DNA of 64,000 nt, taken from positions 9,561-73,560 of the forward strand of contig JAJAYJ010000170.1 in NCBI GenBank assembly GCA_026786275.1. The letters are read 5' to 3'. The position numbers were made by a program, and so were the translations under genes. Numbering within the stretch: position 1 is the first letter of the stretch; every line of letters starts with the position of its first letter. The DNA comes from Nocardioides sp. Its GTDB lineage: Bacteria; Actinomycetota; Actinomycetes; Propionibacteriales; Nocardioidaceae. Below the pieces are notes generated by a model, which was not told where the DNA came from, did no database searches, and worked only from the letters and a program-made list of their open reading frames with translations. Of this stretch, positions 19,189 to 28,297 are shown one piece after another.

Positions 19189-19839
19189 TCAGCCCTCGAG
19201 GCCGGCCCGCGGCTCGCAGTGCTCGGCGACCCAGCTCACCAGGGGCCGCAGGGTGCGCCAGTCCTCGCGGATGATCTCGAGCACCGCGGGTGTGTGGATG
19301 ACCGGCTCGAAGCCCAGCGAGCGACCCAGCACCAGCGAGCGGTGCCGGAGCAGCTCGATGCGGGGGTGGTCCGCGGCGTACCCGCGCGGTGAGGTCTTGA
19401 GCCGGTCCCCGCCCACCTCGAAGCCCTTGCGGGCCAGGCTCCTGAGCAGCTTCTCGAGCTGCGGCCCGGACCGGTCGTGGTCGATCGCGGCCCGGAACGC
19501 CGCCAGCCGGGGGCCGCTCGCGTCGTAGAAGCCGGCGCCCGTACGGACCCCGCGCGGGGACAGCTCGACGTACCACCCCGTGGCGTCGCAGACGCGGACG
19601 AAGGCTCCCTGGTGGGTCTTGAACGGCGTCTTGTCCTTGGCGAAGCGCACGTCGCGGTGCGGCCGGAACACCTTGAACACGCCGAACTCGGGGCTGAGGG
19701 CCTCGGCGAGGGACTCGAACGGCGCCTTCACGGACCCGACGTAGACGTCCTTGTGGGCCTCCCAGAACGACCGGGTGTTGTCCATCTCCAGGTCGTCGAA
19801 GAAGTCGAGGGCGGCGACGGGGAAACCGGTGAACTGCAC
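19189..19839 (-). CDS. DUF2461-family protein
   Basis: FFDDLEMDNTRSFW, FRPHRDVRFAKDKTPFKTH, LKTSPRGY, HPRIELLR. Confidence 0.88.
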   Translation of the reverse strand: MQFTGFPVAALDFFDDLEMDNTRSFWEAHKDVYVGSVKAPFESLAEALSPEFGVFKVFRPHRDVRFAKDKTPFKTHQGAFVRVCDATGWYVELSPRGVRTGAGFYDASGPRLAAFRAAIDHDRSGPQLEKLLRSLARKGFEVGGDRLKTSPRGYAADHPRIELLRHRSLVLGRSLGFEPVIHTPAVLEIIREDWRTLRPLVSWVAEHCEPRAGLEG

Positions 19840-19856
19840 CCGCCCAGCCTAGGTCG

Positions 19857-20993
19857 CTACGACACCCGCGCGCTCACCTGCTGGTCGCCCTGCTCGGAGA
19901 AGACCGACAGGGTCAGCACCTCGCCGGCACAGCGGGGCTCGGCCAGGAACGACCGGCCGGCGGGGGAGGCATAGGCCGTGGTCAGGGTGCCGTCGGCCCA
20001 GCGCAGCAGCCGGGCGGGGTCGCCGTCGTCCTGCGGGTCCTGCACGAACCAGGTCGCGGCACCGCAGGTGGTGAGGGTGCCGGAGGTGCCCGGGCCCAGG
20101 TCGACGTACTCGTCGCCGATGCGCGCGAGGTAGCGCGCTGCCTCGATCTGATCCTTATCTGGGACCACCGACCAGACCTCGCCGTCGGCGGTCACGGCGC
20201 CCTCGAAGCCCTGGCACGGCGCGACGCCCTCGAACGGCGTGGTGCCCGTGCTCGACACGGTGACCACCGTGCGACAGGAGGGTCGGGCGTCGTCGAAGGT
20301 CAGGATCGCGTCGCCGGACTCACCGAGGTGGGCCGCGTTGAACCCCGAGCGGTCCGGCGCGCACCACACGAGCGTCGTCTCGCTGGTGTCGAGGTCGGCG
20401 GTGGCCAGGCAGTAGGCACCGTCAGGCCCGGTCGTGGCGTACGACGCCCGCTCACCGTCGAGGGCCCAGGAGCCGCCGACGGTGGTGGGGGCGCCGGGGG
20501 TGCTCGCGTCGATCGTGCTGGTGGAGCCGGTGCTCAGGTCGGTGATGACCGCGGTGGCGGGTTCCTGCTCCTGCGGGTCCTGGAAGACCACCAGGGCGTA
20601 GCGCTCGCCGAGCAGCGCGTCCGAGACCCGACCCCGGACCCCGGCCGGAACCGTCGTCGGCACCGGGCCGGTCAGCTGGGCGCTGCCGGCACTCTCGTCG
20701 AGGCTGAGCGTCCACTCACCGTCGGTGGTGACGCTCAGGTCGCTCGGCCCGGGCACCGGCTGCCAGTCCAGGATCGCGTCGCTCGGCGCGAGCGAGACCG
20801 GGGCCTGCGGCGTCCCCGTGGTGCGGGCGCTTGCGGAGGCCGTCTCGTCGGGGGAGGGCGAGCCCCCGGCCGCCGGCTCGTCGGCGCCGGAGCACCCGGC
20901 CACGACCAGGACCAGCGCGACCAGGGCCGGCACGACCAGGGCCGGCGCGGCCAGGGCCGGCGCGGCCCGGGACCGCAGCGGCGCGCGGCCCAC
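19857..20993 (-). CDS. Putative lipoprotein, beta-rich with paired cysteines
   Basis: Lipobox VAGC after a hydrophobic stretch; starts 2 nt after the stop of the upstream gene. Confidence 0.7.
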   Translation of the reverse strand: MGRAPLRSRAAPALAAPALVVPALVALVLVVAGCSGADEPAAGGSPSPDETASASARTTGTPQAPVSLAPSDAILDWQPVPGPSDLSVTTDGEWTLSLDESAGSAQLTGPVPTTVPAGVRGRVSDALLGERYALVVFQDPQEQEPATAVITDLSTGSTSTIDASTPGAPTTVGGSWALDGERASYATTGPDGAYCLATADLDTSETTLVWCAPDRSGFNAAHLGESGDAILTFDDARPSCRTVVTVSSTGTTPFEGVAPCQGFEGAVTADGEVWSVVPDKDQIEAARYLARIGDEYVDLGPGTSGTLTTCGAATWFVQDPQDDGDPARLLRWADGTLTTAYASPAGRSFLAEPRCAGEVLTLSVFSEQGDQQVSARVS

Positions 20994-20994
20994 G

Positions 20995-22671
20995 TCAGAC
21001 GCCGATGTTGTGCTGGAAGTGGTCCTGGTTGGCGCGGTAGCTCTTGTAGGCGGTGCGCCACTGCACCCGCGAGATGGACGGCTCCGAGGGGTCGAAGCGC
21101 TGCTGGTTCCAGGGCTCGAAGTAGCCGAGCAGGTCTGACTTGATGCCCTTCTTGTCGTAGCCGCGGCCGACCTGGAAGTGGCCCGAGGCGTCGTCGTCGA
21201 GGTACGGGTAGTACTTCTTGAGCAAGACCGGGTGCAGCACCACGGGTGAGCGCTGGTCCACCACGTGCTGCATCATCAGCAGCATCCACTGGTCGTAGGA
21301 GTAGCTGCTGATGTCGAGGGCGACGTAGGGACCGGCGTACGTCGGGTCGTCGTAGCCGGTGGCGGCGTTGACGACCTTGACCATCGCCGAGATCGAGGAG
21401 CCGCTGCGGGTGGTGCCGAGCTTCTTGGCCCAGTAGGCCTGGCCCTGGTCGACACCACTCCAGCTCCACCCGATCATCTGCATCGCGGCCGGGCCGCACC
21501 AGTAGCTGAGGACCTGCTCGGCGACCTGGGTCTTGTCCAGGATGCCTGCGAGCGGCGGGTAGGCCTCATAGGGCGGCGCGGCCGGGACGGCGGGCGGGGG
21601 TGCCGGCGCCTCAGGCGGTGCGACGGGCACCGGCTCGATGGGCGCCGGGGTCACCGGGACCGGCTCGGGGGTCGGTGTGGGGGCCGGTGCGGTCACGGGG
21701 TCGGCCGCGGCTGCCTTGGCCGCGGCGACGCGCTTGCACCGCTTGAGCGCCTTGGCCGGGTCGACGCCCCGGGCGACCTGGCCCCTGACGCAGGCCTGCT
21801 TGGCCCTGCGCGCCGCCTGCCTGGCCTTGCGGGCCTTCTTCGCCGCCTTCTCCTCGACGGTGGCTCGCGCCAGGGTGCGGGGGGTGGGTGCAGTCGTGGT
21901 GGGTGCGGTCGTGGGGGGTGCGGTCGTGGTGGGTACGGCGACCTCGGGGTGCCGCTCGAGGAAGCCGGCGGGCAGGGCGACCCCCTCGATCTGGTGACGG
22001 ATCAGCCAGACCTTGGCCACCGATCGGGCCGCGGCCCGCAGCTCGTTGCGCTCGCTGCGCACCCGGGCGGCAGGGCTGAGCCGGGCCCGCTGGCTGAGGC
22101 CGGCCACGACGTCGAGGTCGCCGGTGCCGGTCCGGCCGGCCTGACCTCGGGCCGTGACGCGGCGCGCGGAGGCCAGGGTGCGGGACCGGACCGCGGCCTG
22201 CGTGTCCTGGGTCCAGCCGCTGCCCAGGCAGTACCGCTGACCCTCCAGGTCGGCGCAGCGCACGCCCGCCCGGACCAGGCCGCCACCCAGGGTGCCGGAC
22301 ATCGCCTGCTGCAGGCTGGTGGCCTTCTGATCGGCCCGGGTCCGCGACAGGGCCGCGGGCGCCTCGGCTCCTGACGCGGCGGCGGCGATGTCGCGGGCGA
22401 GCACCCGCAGCGCGACGCCGGAGCGGGCGTGCAGGCGTTCGTGGGCGACCACGCCCTGGCCGACGACCCGGTCGATCTCGTCCTGGGCCTCAGCGCTGAC
22501 GGTGCCGAGGCCGGTCCTCGCCGCGCCGAGCGGGTCCGGGGCCGGCCCCGCCTGGCGCGCCTGCGGGGTGAGGGCGCCGTCCTGCTGCTCACCGCGAGGC
22601 ACGACGAGGGCGACCCCGAGCAGCAGGGCCAGGGCGGCGAGACCGATGACGGCGGTGCGGGGGCGGGACAT
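20995..22671 (-). CDS. Secreted protein with a C-terminal C39-like (papain-fold) peptidase domain
   Basis: N-terminal TM; Q-x3-YWCGPAA, SGHFQVGRGYD, EPW; Pro/Thr-rich linkers. Confidence 0.7.
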   Translation of the reverse strand: MSRPRTAVIGLAALALLLGVALVVPRGEQQDGALTPQARQAGPAPDPLGAARTGLGTVSAEAQDEIDRVVGQGVVAHERLHARSGVALRVLARDIAAAASGAEAPAALSRTRADQKATSLQQAMSGTLGGGLVRAGVRCADLEGQRYCLGSGWTQDTQAAVRSRTLASARRVTARGQAGRTGTGDLDVVAGLSQRARLSPAARVRSERNELRAAARSVAKVWLIRHQIEGVALPAGFLERHPEVAVPTTTAPPTTAPTTTAPTPRTLARATVEEKAAKKARKARQAARRAKQACVRGQVARGVDPAKALKRCKRVAAAKAAAADPVTAPAPTPTPEPVPVTPAPIEPVPVAPPEAPAPPPAVPAAPPYEAYPPLAGILDKTQVAEQVLSYWCGPAAMQMIGWSWSGVDQGQAYWAKKLGTTRSGSSISAMVKVVNAATGYDDPTYAGPYVALDISSYSYDQWMLLMMQHVVDQRSPVVLHPVLLKKYYPYLDDDASGHFQVGRGYDKKGIKSDLLGYFEPWNQQRFDPSEPSISRVQWRTAYKSYRANQDHFQHNIGV

Positions 22672-22777
22672 GGAACGACCTCGAGACGGTGAGCGGGGGA
22701 AGATCTCTCGCACCAATGGTCACATGAGCGGTCAAATGCCCCAGGAGTCACGGCGGTGGGGCTGGGCGCGACCTGGG

Positions 22778-22850
22778 AGCGGATGACGAGACTCGAACTC
22801 GCGACATCGACCTTGGGAAGGTCGCGCTCTACCAACTGAGCTACATCCGC
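22778..22850 (-). tRNA. tRNA-Gly (CCC)
   Basis: GCGGATG/CATCCGC acceptor stem, D-loop AGTTGGTAGA, anticodon arm CGACC-TT CCC AA-GGTCG, T-loop GTTCGAG; CCA not encoded. Confidence 0.97.
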
Positions 22851-22964
22851 AACGCCGGCATGACCGGCGGGAGGATGTTACCTCAGCGCGGGCTCGGGAT
22901 GAGCCGGGTGGGCTCGCGGTGGCGCAGGCCGGGTCGCGGGGCGTACGGCCGCTAGGTTGAGCCT

Positions 22965-23540
22965 GTGCTGCTCTCCGACCGCGACATCCTGGCCGAGATC
23001 GACCGGGGCCGGATCGCTCTCGAGCCCTGGGACCCCGCGATGCTGCAGCCGTCGTCGGTCGACGTGCGGCTGGACCGCTTCTTCCGGGTCTTCGAGAACC
23101 ACCGCTACCCGCACATCGACCCGGCCGAGGACCAGTCCGAGCTGACCCGACAGGTCGAGCCGGAGGGTGAGGAGCCGTTCATCCTGCACCCGGGCGAGTT
23201 CGTGCTGGGCTCGACGTACGAGGTGGTGAGCCTGCCGGCCGACGTGGCCGCTCGGGTCGAGGGTAAGTCGTCGCTGGGCCGTCTCGGCCTGCTCACCCAC
23301 GCCACGGCCGGGTTCGTCGATCCCGGCTTCTCCGGACACGTGACCCTGGAGCTGGCCAACGTGGCGACCCTGCCGATCAAGCTCTACCCGGGCATGAAGA
23401 TCGGCCAGTTCTGCTTCTTCCGGCTGACCTCGCCCTCCGAGCATCCCTACGGGTCGGAGAAGTACGGCTCCCGCTACCAGGGCCAGCGCGGCCCCACGCC
23501 GTCGCGCTCGTTCAAGAACTTCCACCGCACGCAGATCTGA
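22965..23540 (+). CDS. dcd: dCTP deaminase
   Basis: [46 protein letters not shown]. Confidence 0.97.
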   Translation: MLLSDRDILAEIDRGRIALEPWDPAMLQPSSVDVRLDRFFRVFENHRYPHIDPAEDQSELTRQVEPEGEEPFILHPGEFVLGSTYEVVSLPADVAARVEGKSSLGRLGLLTHATAGFVDPGFSGHVTLELANVATLPIKLYPGMKIGQFCFFRLTSPSEHPYGSEKYGSRYQGQRGPTPSRSFKNFHRTQI

Positions 23541-23631
23541 GAGGCTGGCCGCTCTGGGTCGAGGCCCGGGCGATCCGCTCGGCCAGCTGCTGACGGGCGG
23601 TCGTCTCGATCATGATGAAGTGCTCGCTCAT
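23512..23631 (-). CDS. Small protein (39 aa, [24 protein letters not shown]...)
   Basis: AGGAG RBS upstream of the ATG; last ORF of the RHH-DUF4097 operon; its 3' end overlaps the dcd 3' end. Confidence 0.5.
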   Translation of the reverse strand: MSEHFIMIETTARQQLAERIARASTQSGQPLRSACGGSS

Positions 23632-23646
23632 CGTGCTGCTCCTGTG

Positions 23647-23708
23647 GTGGGGACTGGTGGGGGACTGGCTGGGGGGACTGGATGGGGGGACTGGCTGGGG
23701 GGACTGGC
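23647..23708 (+). repeat. Five tandem G(4-6)ACTGG units
   Basis: gtggggactg gtgggggactg gctggggggactg gatggggggactg gctggggggactg. Confidence 0.8.
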
Positions 23709-23720
23709 CGGGTGGACGGC

Positions 23721-24545
23721 TCAGGCCTCGCTGAGGTCGACGTCGCCGCTGATTGTGATGGTCCGCAGCTCGACGTGGTCCTGCCCCGGCTCGGGCTGAC
23801 CGGCGCCCTGCAGGGTGGAGTGGATGTGTCCAGAGACCGTGTTGATGTCCGTCCACACCGGTACGCCGGCGCGCACCGCGATCGCGACGTCGCCGGAGGC
23901 GCTCTTGGTCACGAACCGTCCGCGGATCGCCTCGCGGATGCGCAGGTCCCCGCTCCCCGTCGTGTACGACGCGTCCGCGCCGGCCGAGGTGATCGTGAGG
24001 TCGCCGGACCCGGTCTTGACCACGCTCGGCCCCTGCGTGCCCTCGATCACGATGTCCCCGGAGCCGGTGGACACCGCGAGCCGGCCGGTGACCCGCGTGA
24101 TCGCGACGTCGCCCGAGCCGCTCTTGACCTGCAGGTCGTCGCCCGCGGTGCGGATCAGGACGTCACCGGACCCCGTCTCGAGGCTCGCCGCGCCGGAGAG
24201 CGCGTCGAGGCTGACGTCGCCGGAGCCGGATTTGAGCTGGCTCTCGCCGAGCTGGCCGGTCACGCTCAGGTCGGCGCTCCCGAGGCGAGAGACCAGGCGG
24301 CTGTCGAGGGGCAGCGTGACGGTCACGTCGAGGCGGCAGTCACCGGAGCGGAAGCCGAGACCGTCGCGCGGGCCGACGATGCTGACCGCCTGTCCGCGCT
24401 GCTCGACGCGCACCTGGTCCGCCTGGGTGCCGGTCACGGTGATGTGGGTCGTGGTGGTCGCGACGGCGTCGAGCCGGACGGCCCCGCGGCCCAGCTCGAC
24501 GTGGAGGTCGATCGGGGTGGGGGTCTCGAAGTGGTGCTCGGGCAT
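23721..24545 (-). CDS. DUF4097 beta-strand-repeat protein (cytoplasmic, no signal peptide)
   Basis: Repeated (K/T)(S/T)GSGD(V/L/I) units; RBS AAGGAG before MPEHHFET. Confidence 0.88.
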   Translation of the reverse strand: MPEHHFETPTPIDLHVELGRGAVRLDAVATTTTHITVTGTQADQVRVEQRGQAVSIVGPRDGLGFRSGDCRLDVTVTLPLDSRLVSRLGSADLSVTGQLGESQLKSGSGDVSLDALSGAASLETGSGDVLIRTAGDDLQVKSGSGDVAITRVTGRLAVSTGSGDIVIEGTQGPSVVKTGSGDLTITSAGADASYTTGSGDLRIREAIRGRFVTKSASGDVAIAVRAGVPVWTDINTVSGHIHSTLQGAGQPEPGQDHVELRTITISGDVDLSEA

Positions 24546-24635
24546 GGCGGTCTCCTTCATCAGGGTGTGCTCGTCCGCGAGCCCGGCCCGGTGCCGGTCT
24601 CGTGCAGGGGGTCGTGCGGGGGGGTGGTGCGGGGG

Positions 24636-25181
24636 CTAGACCCAGCCGGTCATCCGGCGGTGGGTGCGCCGGCCTCCCGGGCCCTCGTTGCCGAAGAACG
24701 GGATGCTCGACAGGTCGAGGTCGACGTGCGCGGCGTGGTCCTGGGTGGCGGCTCGCACCACGTTGACCAGCCAGGTGTTCAGGGAGTGCCCGGAGCGGGA
24801 GGCGAGCTCCTCGGCGCGGGTCTTGACCGACTCGGGCAGCCGCAGGGTGATCCGGGTCAGGGCGTCGTCCTCGACCTCCTCGGCCGACGGGGGCAGGGGC
24901 GGCGTGGGCGCCGCCGGCGGGGTCGGGGGTGCGGGTGCGGGTGCAGCCTCGACCACGAAGTCGAGCTCGCGACCGTTGAGCCGGACGTCGACGCCGCCGC
25001 GCGGCATCTCGGCCGTGATCTCGGCGGCGGCCTGGGAGATGGCCTCCATCAACGCCAGTCGTGCTGACGGGTCGAGCGCGTAGGTCAGCCGCTCCGCTGC
25101 GGCCCGGGTCTCGGGTCCCGCGGCCTCGGCGGCGGAGAGCAGGTCGCGGCGCAGGCCCTCGACGTACGGCGTGATGTCCAT
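24636..25181 (-). CDS. Ribbon-helix-helix regulator (HicB-antitoxin-like)
   Basis: RITLRLPESVKTRAEELA...SLNTWLV RHH motif; conserved-looking MTGWV C-terminus. Confidence 0.8.
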   Translation of the reverse strand: MDITPYVEGLRRDLLSAAEAAGPETRAAAERLTYALDPSARLALMEAISQAAAEITAEMPRGGVDVRLNGRELDFVVEAAPAPAPPTPPAAPTPPLPPSAEEVEDDALTRITLRLPESVKTRAEELASRSGHSLNTWLVNVVRAATQDHAAHVDLDLSSIPFFGNEGPGGRRTHRRMTGWV

Positions 25182-25253
25182 GCCGTCACTATGACATCAT
25201 CGTGACGTCAAATACAAGGGCATTGGTGTCAATGATGACGCCGCGTGGCGTCA
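25181..25253. promoter_or_regulatory. Array of TGACGTCA-like octamers spaced about 11 bp over the RHH promoter
   Basis: TGCCGTCA 25181, TGACATCA 25192, TGACGTCA 25203, TGGTGTCA 25224, TGACGCCG 25236, TGGCGTCA 25246. Confidence 0.7.
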
Positions 25254-25365
25254 GAGGCGCGGCGTACCCCTCTCTGACGCGGGGGCAACTCGACCCCAGG
25301 GGGTGGGACCACGACCCGGTCTGCGGTCTAGGGTCGACTCGGCCCACCAGGGGAAGGACCCACCT

Positions 25366-27111
25366 ATGACCGTGCCCGGAGTCGTCGCTCTCGCGACCGA
25401 GACCCTGATCGACGCGAGCGCCGTCGACTACCTCATCATCGGCATCTACTTCGCGTTCGTGATCGGGATCGGGGTGATGGCCAGCCGTCAGGTCTCGGAC
25501 TCGGTCGACTTCTTCCTCTCCGGGCGCTCGCTGCCCGCCTGGGTGACCGGGCTCGCGTTCGTCTCGGCCAACCTCGGTGCCGTCGAGATCATGGGCATGT
25601 CGGCCAACGGCGCCCAGTTCGGGCTGCCCGCGGTGCACTACTTCTGGATCGGGGCTATCCCGGCCATGCTCTTCCTGGGCGTGGTGATGATGCCGTTCTA
25701 CTACGGCTCCCAGGCCCGCTCGGTGCCCGAGTTCATGCTGCGCCGCTTCGGGACCGGGGCCCACCTGGTCAACGCGATCTCCTTCGCGGTCGCCCAGCTG
25801 CTGATCGCCGGCATCAACCTCTACCTGCTCGGCAGCATCATCCAGGCCCTGCTCGGCTGGAACCTGACCCTGGCCCTGGTGGCGGCGGCCATCGTCGTGC
25901 TGTCCTACATCACCCTGGGTGGGTTGAAGGCCGCGATCTACAACGAGGTGCTGCAGTTCTTCGTGATCGTGGCCGCGCTGCTGCCGCTCACCCTGATCGG
26001 GCTGGACCAGGTAGGCGGCTACGAGGGGCTGAAGGACAAGATCACCGAGAACGCCGGCGTCGGTGGCTCCGCGTCGGCCGCCGAGCAGCTCAACTCCTGG
26101 CCCGGCACCGCGCTGACCGGCTTCAGCTCCGACATCCTCTCGGTCATCGGCATCGTCTTCGGTCTCGGGTTCGTGCTCTCCTTCGGCTACTGGACGACCA
26201 ACTTCGTCGAGGTGCAGCGCGCGATGGCGACCGACTCGATCTCCTCGGCCCGCAAGACGCCGATCATCGGTGCCTTCCCCAAGATGTTCGTCCCGTTCAT
26301 CACGATCCTGCCCGGCATGATCGCCGCGGTGCTGGTGAGCGAGATCGCCCAGACCAAGGCGGGCGAGACCGTCGAGGGCGGCGCCTCCGGCACGGTGAAG
26401 TACAACGACGCCCTGCTCTACCTGATGCGCGACCTGCTGCCCAACGGCTTGCTGGGGGTCGCGATCGCCGGCCTGATGGCCGCCTTCATGGCCGGCATGG
26501 CCGCCAACGTCTCGGCGTTCAACACCGTGCTGTCCTTCGACCTGTGGCAGACCTACGTCGTCAAGGACCGCCCGGACGGCTACTACCTGCGGGTCGGCCG
26601 CTGGGCCACGGTCGGCGCCACCGTGATCGCGATCGGGACCGCGCAGCTGGCCGCGAACTTCTCCAACATCATGGACTACCTCCAGACCCTCTTCGGGTTC
26701 TTCAACGCGCCCCTCTTCGCGACCTTCATCCTCGGCATGTTCTGGAAGCGGATGACCGCCACCGCCGGCTGGGTGGGGCTGGTGTCCGGCACCCTGGCCG
26801 CCGTGTTGGTCGCCTTCCTCTCCGAGGGCACCCTGGGCGGACTGAGTGTCGGGGTGCTGCCGCTGAGCGGGCAGGGCGCGTCGTTCGTGGCGGCCGGGGC
26901 GGCGTTCGTCGTCGACATCGTGCTGAGCATCGTGGTCTCGCTCGTCACCGTGCCCAAGCCGCCCGCGGAGCTCACGGGCCTGGTCTACTCCGAGACCCCC
27001 AAGGAGGACCTCGTGGACGCCGCCGAGGCCACTCGACCGTGGTACCAGCGCACGCTGCCCCTCGCCGGGGTCGCGCTGGGCATGGTCGTCGTCCTGAACG
27101 TCGCGTTCTGA
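25366..27111 (+). CDS. Sodium:solute symporter (SSS), probably for a sugar or polyol
   Basis: DFFLSGRSLPAW, ANLGAVEIMGM, GYWTTNFVEVQRAMA; 13-14 TMs. Confidence 0.92.
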   Translation: MTVPGVVALATETLIDASAVDYLIIGIYFAFVIGIGVMASRQVSDSVDFFLSGRSLPAWVTGLAFVSANLGAVEIMGMSANGAQFGLPAVHYFWIGAIPAMLFLGVVMMPFYYGSQARSVPEFMLRRFGTGAHLVNAISFAVAQLLIAGINLYLLGSIIQALLGWNLTLALVAAAIVVLSYITLGGLKAAIYNEVLQFFVIVAALLPLTLIGLDQVGGYEGLKDKITENAGVGGSASAAEQLNSWPGTALTGFSSDILSVIGIVFGLGFVLSFGYWTTNFVEVQRAMATDSISSARKTPIIGAFPKMFVPFITILPGMIAAVLVSEIAQTKAGETVEGGASGTVKYNDALLYLMRDLLPNGLLGVAIAGLMAAFMAGMAANVSAFNTVLSFDLWQTYVVKDRPDGYYLRVGRWATVGATVIAIGTAQLAANFSNIMDYLQTLFGFFNAPLFATFILGMFWKRMTATAGWVGLVSGTLAAVLVAFLSEGTLGGLSVGVLPLSGQGASFVAAGAAFVVDIVLSIVVSLVTVPKPPAELTGLVYSETPKEDLVDAAEATRPWYQRTLPLAGVALGMVVVLNVAF

Positions 27112-27127
27112 GGACGGGAGACCTGAC

Positions 27128-27388
27128 ATGACCGAGAACAAGGCTGAGAAGATGACTGAGAAGAAGACTGCGGGTGCCTTCGACATCCGCAACGTGATCG
27201 GTGCCCTGCTCGGCATCTACGGCGTGATCCTGACGCTGATGGGGCTGTTCGGCGACCCGGATACCGAGAAGACCGGCGGGGTCAACGCCAACCTCTGGGC
27301 CGGCGTGGTCCTGCTGGTGGTGGGCGCAGGCTTCATCGTCTGGAGCCGGGTCAAGCCGACCGTGGTGCAGAGCCCGCCGCCCGGGTGA
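27128..27388 (+). CDS. Small two-TM SSS-associated membrane protein
   Basis: FDIRNVIGALLGIYG, NANLWAG; RBS GGGAG. Confidence 0.8.
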   Translation: MTENKAEKMTEKKTAGAFDIRNVIGALLGIYGVILTLMGLFGDPDTEKTGGVNANLWAGVVLLVVGAGFIVWSRVKPTVVQSPPPG

Positions 27389-28293
27389 CGGTGCGGCTGC
27401 AGCCGCTGACCCGCGCCAAGGTCGCCTCTCTCGGTGACGTGGGGGCCGCGTGGGTGGCCTCTCTGCCGCAGACCCTGGACGCGCTGAGCCGTGCCTGGGG
27501 GCTGACCCTGGGCCGGCCGCTGCCCGGCGGAAGTGCGTCGTACGTCGTCGCGGCGCGGACCGTGACCGGTGAGTCCCGGGTGCTGAAGGTCGCGATCCCC
27601 GACCGGGCGCTGGTCGGCGAGGCCCGCGTCCTCGCCGCCGCACGCGGGCAGGGGTACGCCCGGCTGCATGCCCACGACCCGGACCGGCACGCCCTGCTGC
27701 TGGAGTCGCTGGGCCGCTCGCTGGAGCAGACACCGATGCCGGTCGAGGCCAAGCTGGCCGCGCTGGTCGACACGCTGCAAGAGGCCTGGCGGGTGCCGCT
27801 GAGCACCGTGCCCGAGGCGCCGCCCGGCGACGACCGGGCCAGCGTCCTGCGCCGGCTGGTGCTCGAGCTCGACACCCGGCTGGGTCACCCGACCCGGCCC
27901 AACGTGCTCGCGCGGGCCTGTGAGTACGCCGAGCGCCGGGCCGCGGCCCACGACCCGGGCCGCTGCGTGGTCGCGCACGGCGACCCGCACCCGGCCAACC
28001 TGCTGCGCCGCCCCCACGCGGGCTGGGCGCTGGTCGACCCCGAGGGAGTGCGGGCAGACCCGACGTACGACCTGGGGGTGGCGCTGCGGGACTGGACCGG
28101 ACAGCTGGCCGGAGACGCCCGGGCGGTGCTGGACGGCTACTGCGACCTGCTGGCCGACTCCTCCGGCCTGGACCGGCAGGCGATCTGGGAGTGGGGCTTC
28201 CTGGAGCGGGTCTCGACCGGCCTCTACGTCTGCAGCTTCGGGGCACACACGGTCGGGCGACGGTTCCTGGACAGTGCCGAGGCGCTGGTCTGA
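27385..28293 (+). CDS. Aminoglycoside/hydroxyurea phosphotransferase-like kinase (APH(6)-like)
   Basis: VLKV, HGDPHPANLL, LVDPEG, YDLG motifs. Confidence 0.8.
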   Translation: MTVRLQPLTRAKVASLGDVGAAWVASLPQTLDALSRAWGLTLGRPLPGGSASYVVAARTVTGESRVLKVAIPDRALVGEARVLAAARGQGYARLHAHDPDRHALLLESLGRSLEQTPMPVEAKLAALVDTLQEAWRVPLSTVPEAPPGDDRASVLRRLVLELDTRLGHPTRPNVLARACEYAERRAAAHDPGRCVVAHGDPHPANLLRRPHAGWALVDPEGVRADPTYDLGVALRDWTGQLAGDARAVLDGYCDLLADSSGLDRQAIWEWGFLERVSTGLYVCSFGAHTVGRRFLDSAEALV

Positions 28294-28297
28294 GGGA

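Noticed and set aside
21590-21940. Tandem repeats (PTT/APT, PVP) in the C39-like gene
   Set aside because: Ordinary Pro/Thr-rich linker coding sequence.
19857-22850. Genomic island integrated at tRNA-Gly
   Set aside because: No integrase, no duplicated tRNA 3' end and no obvious compositional shift were seen.
23647-23708. CRISPR-like array
   Set aside because: Units are 10-13 nt with no unique spacers, and there are no cas genes.
24636-25181. HicAB toxin-antitoxin system
   Set aside because: There is no HicA-like toxin nearby; only the RHH domain resembles HicB.
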